Source of the DNA: Mycobacterium tuberculosis H37Rv
GTDB taxonomy: Bacteria; Actinomycetota; Actinomycetes; Mycobacteriales; Mycobacteriaceae
DNA length: 32,000 bases
Assembly (NCBI RefSeq): GCF_000195955.2
Contig: NC_000962.3
Location: 2,280,001 to 2,312,000, forward strand
Reading direction: 5' to 3'
In this document: piece by piece, positions 26,501 to 32,000 of the stretch
Numbering within the stretch: position 1 is the stretch's first letter
How the letters are laid out: every line of letters starts with the position of its first letter
Made by a program: the position numbers and the translations under genes
The notes under the pieces: generated by a model
Told to the model about the DNA's origin: nothing
What the model saw: the letters and a program-made list of their open reading frames with translations, nothing else
Database searches by the model: none

Positions 26501-26986
26501 GTAGCCGCCGACGATGAGCCCGGCGAATACCCCGGTGGCGCTGCCGCGCAATCCGGTCGGATCGATACCGGCCCGCTCCAACGCCTCCCAGGACAACTCC
26601 AGCAACATCCGATGCTGTGGATCCATCGCTAACGCCTCGCTGGGCGAAATACCGAAGAACGCGGGATCGAAATCCGCGACGCCATCCACGAAGCCCCCAG
26701 TGCGCGCGTACGACTTATGGCGCACGTCGGGATCCGGGTCGAACAACCCGGCCAGATCCCACCCACGGTCGGTGGGAAATTCTGACATCACGTCCCTGGC
26801 GTCGGCCACCATCTGCCACAGCCCTTCCGGGGAATCGACGCCCCCCGGGAAGCGACACGACATGCCCACGATCGCGATCGGCTCGCTCGAGCGCTCCAGC
26901 AACGCACGGTTGGTGCGCTTCAGGCGTTCCACCTGGACCAGCGCTTTGCGCAGCGCTTCGGTCGCATGCTGGAGTTGATCAACCAT
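14531..26986 (-). CDS. pks12: bimodular type I polyketide synthase Pks12 (mycoketide synthase), 4151 aa: [KS-AT-DH-ER-KR-ACP] x2 with N- and C-terminal docking segments and no TE/R domain
   Basis: ATG at 26986 is preceded by GAGG; TAG at 14531-14533.
Module 1:
- KS about 25618-26884, Cys203 codon 26378-26380
- AT about 24480-25312, GHSQG Ser650 codon 25037-25039, YASH at 24728-24739
- DH HPLLG His926 codon 24209-24211
- ER about 21965-22850
- KR about 21400-21950
- ACP Ser1998 codon 20993-20995
Module 2:
- KS about 19549-20821, Cys2226 codon 20309-20311
- AT about 18400-19243, GHSIG Ser2672 codon 18971-18973, HAFH at 18671-18682
- DH HALLG His2940 codon 18167-18169
- ER about 15875-16755
- KR about 15310-15860
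- ACP Ser4030 codon 14897-14899. Confidence 0.97.
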   Translation of the reverse strand: MVDQLQHATEALRKALVQVERLKRTNRALLERSSEPIAIVGMSCRFPGGVDSPEGLWQMVADARDVMSEFPTDRGWDLAGLFDPDPDVRHKSYARTGGFVDGVADFDPAFFGISPSEALAMDPQHRMLLELSWEALERAGIDPTGLRGSATGVFAGLIVGGYGMLAEEIEGYRLTGMTSSVASGRVAYVLGLEGPAVSVDTACSSSLVALHMAVGSLRSGECDLALAGGVTVNATPTVFVEFSRHRGLAPDGRCKPYAGRADGVGWSEGGGMLVLQRLSDARRLGHPVLAVVVGSAVNQDGASNGLTAPNGPSQQRVVRAALANAGLSAAEVDVVEGHGTGTTLGDPIEAQALLATYGQDRGEPGEPLWLGSVKSNMGHTQAAAGVAGVIKMVLAMRHELLPATLHVDVPSPHVDWSAGAVELLTAPRVWPAGARTRRAGVSSFGISGTNAHVIIEAVPVVPRREAGWAGPVVPWVVSAKSESALRGQAARLAAYVRGDDGLDVADVGWSLAGRSVFEHRAVVVGGDRDRLLAGLDELAGDQLGGSVVRGTATAAGKTVFVFPGQGSQWLGMGIELLDTAPAFAQQIDACAEAFAEFVDWSLVDVLRGAPGAPGLDRVDVVQPVLFAVMVSLAELWKSVAVHPDAVIGHSQGEIAAAYVAGALSLRDAARVVTLRSKLLAGLAGPGGMVSIACGADQARDLLAPFGDRVSIAVVNGPSAVVVSGEVGALEELIAVCSTKELRTRRIEVDYASHSVEVEAIRGPLAEALSGIEPRSTRTVFFSTVTGNRLDTAGLDADYWYRNVRQTVLFDQAVRNACEQGYRTFIESSPHPALITGVEETFAACTDGDSEAIVVPTLGRGDGGLHRFLLSAASAFVAGVAVNWRGTLDGAGYVELPTYAFDKRRFWLSAEGSGADVSGLGLGASEHPLLGAVVDLPASGGVVLTGRLSPNVQPWLADHAVSDVVLFPGTGFVELAIRAGDEVGCSVLDELTLAAPLLLPATGSVAVQVVVDAGRDSNSRGVSIFSRADAQAGWLLHAEGILRPGSVEPGADLSVWPPAGAVTVDVADGYERLATRGYRYGPAFRGLTAMWARGEEIFAEVRLPEAAGGVGGFGVHPALLDAVLHAVVIAGDPDELALPFAWQGVSLHATGASAVRARIAPAGPSAVSVELADGLGLPVLSVASMVARPVTERQLLAAVSGSGPDRLFEVIWSPASAATSPGPTPAYQIFESVAADQDPVAGSYVRSHQALAAVQSWLTDHESGVLVVATRGAMALPREDVADLAGAAVWGLVRSAQTEHPGRIVLVDSDAATDDAAIAMALATGEPQVVLRGGQVYTARVRGSRAADAILVPPGDGPWRLGLGSAGTFENLRLEPVPNADAPLGPGQVRVAMRAIAANFRDIMITLGMFTHDALLGGEGAGVVVEVGPGVTEFSVGDSVFGFFPDGSGTLVAGDVRLLLPMPADWSYAEAAAISAVFTTAYYAFIHLADVQPGQRVLIHAGTGGVGMAAVQLARHLGLEVFATASKGKWDTLRAMGFDDDHISDSRSLEFEDKFRAATGGRGFDVVLDSLAGEFVDASLRLVAPGGVFLEMGKTDIRDPGVIAQQYPGVRYRAFDLFEPGRPRMHQYMLELATLFGDGVLRPLPVTTFDVRRAPAALRYLSQARHTGKVVMLMPGSWAAGTVLITGGTGMAGSAVARHVVARHGVRNLVLVSRRGPDAPGAAELVAELAAAGAQVQVVACDAADRAALAKVIADIPVQHPLSGVIHTAGALDDAVVMSLTPDRVDVVLRSKVDAAWHLHELTRDLDVSAFVMFSSMAGLVGSSGQANYAAANSFLDALAAHRRAHGLPAISLGWGLWDQASAMTGGLDAADLARLGREGVLALSTAEALELFDTAMIVDEPFLAPARIDLTALRAHAVAVPPMFSDLASAPTRRQVDDSVAAAKSKSALAHRLHGLPEAEQHAVLLGLVRLHIATVLGNITPEAIDPDKAFQDLGFDSLTAVEMRNRLKSATGLSLSPTLIFDYPTPNRLASYIRTELAGLPQEIKHTPAVRTTSEDPIAIVGMACRYPGGVNSPDDMWDMLIQGRDVLSEFPADRGWDLAGLYNPDPDAAGACYTRTGGFVDGVGDFDPAFFGVGPSEALAMDPQHRMLLELSWEALERAGIDPTGLRGSATGVFAGVMTQGYGMFAAEPVEGFRLTGQLSSVASGRVAYVLGLEGPAVSVDTACSSSLVALHMAVGSLRSGECDLALAGGVTVNATPDIFVEFSRWRGLSPDGRCKAFAAAADGTGFSEGGGMLVLQRLSDARRLGHPVLAVVVGSAVNQDGASNGLTAPNGPSQQRVVRAALANAGLSAAEVDVVEGHGTGTTLGDPIEAQALLATYGQDRGEPGEPLWLGSVKSNMGHTQAAAGVAGVIKMVLAMRHELLPATLHVDVPSPHVDWSAGAVELLTAPRVWPAGARTRRAGVSSFGISGTNAHVIIEAVPVVPRREAGWAGPVVPWVVSAKSESALRGQAARLAAYVRGDDGLDVADVGWSLAGRSVFEHRAVVVGGDRDRLLAGLDELAGDQLGGSVVRGTATAAGKTVFVFPGQGSQWLGMGMGLHAGYPVFAEAFNTVVGELDRHLLRPLREVMWGHDENLLNSTEFAQPALFAVEVALFRLLGSWGVRPDFVMGHSIGELSAAHVAGVLSLENAAVLVAARGRLMQALPAGGAMVAVQAAEEEVRPLLSAEVDIAAVNGPASLVISGAQNAVAAVADQLRADGRRVHQLAVSHAFHSPLMDPMIDEFAAVAAGIAIGRPTIGVISNVTGQLAGDDFGSAAYWRRHIRQAVRFADSVRFAQAAGGSRFLEVGPSGGLVASIEESLPDVAVTTMSALRKDRPEPATLTNAVAQGFVTGMDLDWRAVVGEAQFVELPTYAFQRRRFWLSGDGVAADAAGLGLAASEHALLGAVIDLPASGGVVLTGRLSPSVQGWLADHSVAGVTIFPGAGFVELAIRAGDEVGCGVVDELTLAAPLVLPASGSVAVQVVVNGPDESGVRGVSVYSRGDVGTGWVLHAEGALRAGSAEPTADLAMWPPAGAVPVEVADGYQQLAERGYGYGPAFRGLTAMWRRGDEVFAEVALPADAGVSVTGFGVHPVLLDAALHAVVLSAESAERGQGSVLVPFSWQGVSLHAAGASAVRARIAPVGPSAVSIELADGLGLPVLSVASMLARPVTDQQLRAAVSSSGPDRLFEVTWSPQPSAAVEPLPVCAWGTTEDSAAVVFESVPLAGDVVAGVYAATSSVLDVLQSWLTRDGAGVLVVMTRGAVALPGEDVTDLAGAAVWGLVRSAQTEHPGRIVLVDSDAPLDDSALAAVVTTGEPQVLWRRGEVYTARVHGSRAVGGLLVPPSDRPWRLAMSTAGTFENLRLELIPDADAPLGPGQVRVAVSAIAANFRDVMIALGLYPDPDAVMGVEACGVVIETSLNKGSFAVGDRVMGLFPEGTGTVASTDQRLLVKVPAGWSHTAAATTSVVFATAHYALVDLAAARSGQRVLIHAGTGGVGMAAVQLARHLGLEVFATASKGKWDTLRAMGFDDDHISDSRSLEFEDKFRAATGGRGFDVVLDSLAGEFVDASLRLVAPGGVFLEMGKTDIRDPGVIAQQYPGVRYRAFDLFEPGPDRIAQILAELATLFGDGVLRPLPVTTFDVRCAPAALRYLSQARHTGKVVMLMPGSWAAGTVLITGGTGMAGSAVARHVVARHGVRNLVLVSRRGPDAPGAAELVAELAAAGAQVQVVACDAADRAALAKVIADIPVQHPLSGVIHTAGALDDAVVMSLTPDRVDVVLRSKVDAAWHLHELTRDLDVSAFVMFSSMAGLVGSSGQANYAAANSFLDALAAHRRAHGLPAISLGWGLWDQASAMTGGLATVDFKRFARDGIVAMSSADALQLFDTAMIVDEPFMLPAHIDFAALKVKFDGGTLPPMFVDLINAPTRRQVDDSLAAAKSKSALLQRLEGLPEDEQHAVLLDLVRSHIATVLGSASPEAIDPDRAFQELGFDSLTAVEMRNRLKSATGLALSPTLIFDYPNSAALAGYMRRELLGSSPQDTSAVAAGEAELQRIVASIPVKRLRQAGVLDLLLALANETETSGQDPALAPTAEQEIADMDLDDLVNAAFRNDDE
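15295..16422. repeat. intragenic direct repeat copy A (ER C-terminal half plus KR of pks12 module 2), 1128 bp, partner at 21385..22512 (offset 6090 bp)
   Basis: A base-by-base reading shows identity except two SNPs (15692 c vs 21782 t, synonymous; 15943 a vs 22033 g, Cys/Arg) and one 27-nt substituted patch (16010-16036 vs 22100-22126). Confidence 0.9.
19197..20119. repeat. intragenic direct repeat copy A (KS C-terminal part, KS-AT linker and start of AT of pks12 module 2), 923 bp, apparently 100% identical to 25266..26188 (offset 6069 bp)
   Basis: Line-by-line comparison shows no differences. Identity resumes after short divergent patches at 20191-20383 / 26260-26452 and, after a 3-bp indel, from 20453 / 26519. 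Confidence 0.9.
21385..22512. repeat. intragenic direct repeat copy B (ER C-terminal half plus KR of pks12 module 1), partner of 15295..16422
   Basis: Same as copy A. The identical antisense ORF translations in the six-frame track (15417..15626 = 21507..21716; 16110.. = 22200..) confirm it. Confidence 0.9.
25266..26188. repeat. intragenic direct repeat copy B (KS-AT junction of pks12 module 1), partner of 19197..20119
   Basis: Same as copy A. The antisense ORFs 19152..19784 and 25272..25853 give identical translations. Confidence 0.9.
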
Positions 26987-27008
26987 TACTAACCTCGCCT
27001 AACTCTCG

Positions 27009-27239
27009 CTAATATTGGCCGTCGCCGACCGCCGGATGCGGCTCCCGCCGAGTCACCGAAGTTGCTGCACAAAACGACGCCGTCGTACGGCGCTCTGGCG
27101 CAAGTTCGCTGGTGAGTATTGCCAACTCCGGCAGGATTTCAAAGCGTCCAATACTCCCTGGGCACCAGTGCGCCCGTGCAAAGCCTGCCGTCCATGGCGC
27201 GACTGTACCCGCCCGCCCGTCAACGCCGGATGGGCGCAT
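27009..27239 (-). CDS. doubtful 76-aa hypothetical ORF (Rv2049c position) just upstream of pks12
   Basis: There is an open frame, but GC3 is only about 64% (27 of 76 codons end in A/T). I found no recognisable motif and no clear Shine-Dalgarno sequence or -10. The region may instead be the pks12 promoter/leader. Confidence 0.25.
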   Translation of the reverse strand: MRPSGVDGRAGTVAPWTAGFARAHWCPGSIGRFEILPELAILTSELAPERRTTASFCAATSVTRREPHPAVGDGQY

Positions 27240-27292
27240 GTCAATGCGGTGCTAGCGGTGGTCTTCACAACACAGCCGCACGAATGCAGCGA

Positions 27293-27655
27293 CTAGGCGC
27301 CGGCTCGGCGCCACCCATCGGCAGCCCTGGCGGCCCGGATCAGCTCGTCGCACAGATCGCGCAGTTCGGTCGCCGCGGCTCCTTCGTCGAGCGCGGTGAC
27401 GACATCCTCGGCGGCGCATCGCACCTGGTAAACACGATCCGACAGATCGGCCGCGTCGTCGGCTGACAACACGACCGCATCGGCGGGCAGCGCCCTCACC
27501 TCACCCCGGGTCAGCATGGCGCGCTGCTCGTAAGCCCGCTGCCGGCAAGACTGCCGGCAATACCGGCGGCGACGGCCCATGCCGACGTCGGTCACGTCAC
27601 GGCCACACCACCCGCACGGCTGCGGACGGGCACGACGAGTCATGCCTGCAGACAT
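27293..27655 (-). CDS. 120-aa Cys4 zinc-ribbon protein with an Arg-rich YCxxxCRxRAY motif; to my recollection not in the classical H37Rv gene list
   Basis: The full ORF has GC3 of about 77%, which is coding-like for this genome. The N-terminal motif is C14GWC17-x15-YC33RQSC37RQRAYEQR, followed by an acidic/Ala-rich helical tail. It is divergent from rbpA. Alternative starts are at M5 and M26. Confidence 0.6.
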   Translation of the reverse strand: MSAGMTRRARPQPCGWCGRDVTDVGMGRRRRYCRQSCRQRAYEQRAMLTRGEVRALPADAVVLSADDAADLSDRVYQVRCAAEDVVTALDEGAAATELRDLCDELIRAARAADGWRRAGA

Positions 27656-27716
27656 TAGTCCGCCCGGGTGTCCGATCCCGGTATCATTGATGGTCGCGCC
27701 GCGCGCGTCGCGTGCC

Positions 27717-27743
27717 GGGAACTACGCAGACGGCCGCAGCGTT
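27717..27743 (+). promoter_or_regulatory. ECF sigma (SigE/SigH/SigR-type) promoter GGGAACT-N16-CGTT upstream of rbpA
   Basis: GGGAAC is at 27717-27722 and CGTT at 27740-27743, which matches the mycobacterial GGGAACY-N16-17-CGTT consensus. It lies about 78 nt upstream of the rbpA ATG. The Shine-Dalgarno AAGGAG at 27807-27812 follows. Confidence 0.55.
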
Positions 27744-27820
27744 TGCCAACCGGAGCCAGTCGCCAGTACGCAACCTACCAGCAGAGCCCAGGGCTCACAG
27801 GACCTAAAGGAGTAGCGCCC

Positions 27821-32000
<4,180 letters not shown>

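Noticed and set aside
25283-26632. A 449-aa plus-strand ORF, and its twin at 19091..20176 (361 aa), antisense to pks12
   Set aside because: The composition is Arg/Pro/His-rich low complexity, typical of the off-frame of a high-GC gene, with no motifs. It lies entirely inside a strongly supported PKS coding frame. The two copies exist only because of the pks12 internal repeat.
14531-26986. Whether the kilobase-scale identical repeats indicate an assembly artefact, an insertion sequence or a transposon
   Set aside because: The repeats are direct, in frame and codon-aligned, and they correspond exactly to homologous catalytic domains of the two PKS modules. I saw no terminal inverted repeats, transposase or target-site duplications.
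27119-27466. A 115-aa plus-strand ORF spanning the Rv2049c / zinc-ribbon ORF junction
   Set aside because: It overlaps the better-supported minus-strand 120-aa ORF out of frame. It has no start context or motif, and its composition is not coding-like.

Overview
This is a GC-rich (about 65%) actinobacterial chromosome segment. From memory, with no search run, I recognise it as Mycobacterium tuberculosis complex, matching the H37Rv interval Rv2032 (acg, 3' end) to Rv2052c at roughly 2.280-2.312 Mb. I found no rRNA, tRNA, CRISPR array, IS element or prophage signature.

Gene content from left to right:
- the acg 3' end and a leaderless conserved hypothetical gene (Rv2033c)
- a translationally coupled ArsR / SRPBCC / DinB-like trio (Rv2034-2036)
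- a long co-directional minus-strand array: lipT, Rv2044c, pncA (wild-type, His57), a SnoaL-like gene, then a 4-gene sugar ABC importer fused in an operon to a patatin-like phospholipase (Rv2041c-Rv2037c)
- the lipoprotein gene lppI
- Rv2047c, a chimeric Rossmann plus phosphohistidine-swivel protein
- the 12.46-kb bimodular type I polyketide synthase gene pks12 (4151 aa), which takes up 39% of the window and contains kilobase-scale identical internal repeats
- a doubtful small ORF (Rv2049c) and a well-supported 120-aa Cys4 zinc-ribbon ORF that I believe is missing from the classical annotation
- rbpA, with an ECF (SigE/SigH-type) promoter
- the fused lnt-ppm1 gene (Rv2051c) and the 3' part of an amidohydrolase gene (Rv2052c)

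The most interesting biology is the pks12 / Rv2047c / ppm1 neighbourhood, which is the mannosyl-phosphomycoketide locus. Rv2047c is a plausible but unproven candidate for the unassigned release, reduction or phosphorylation steps.
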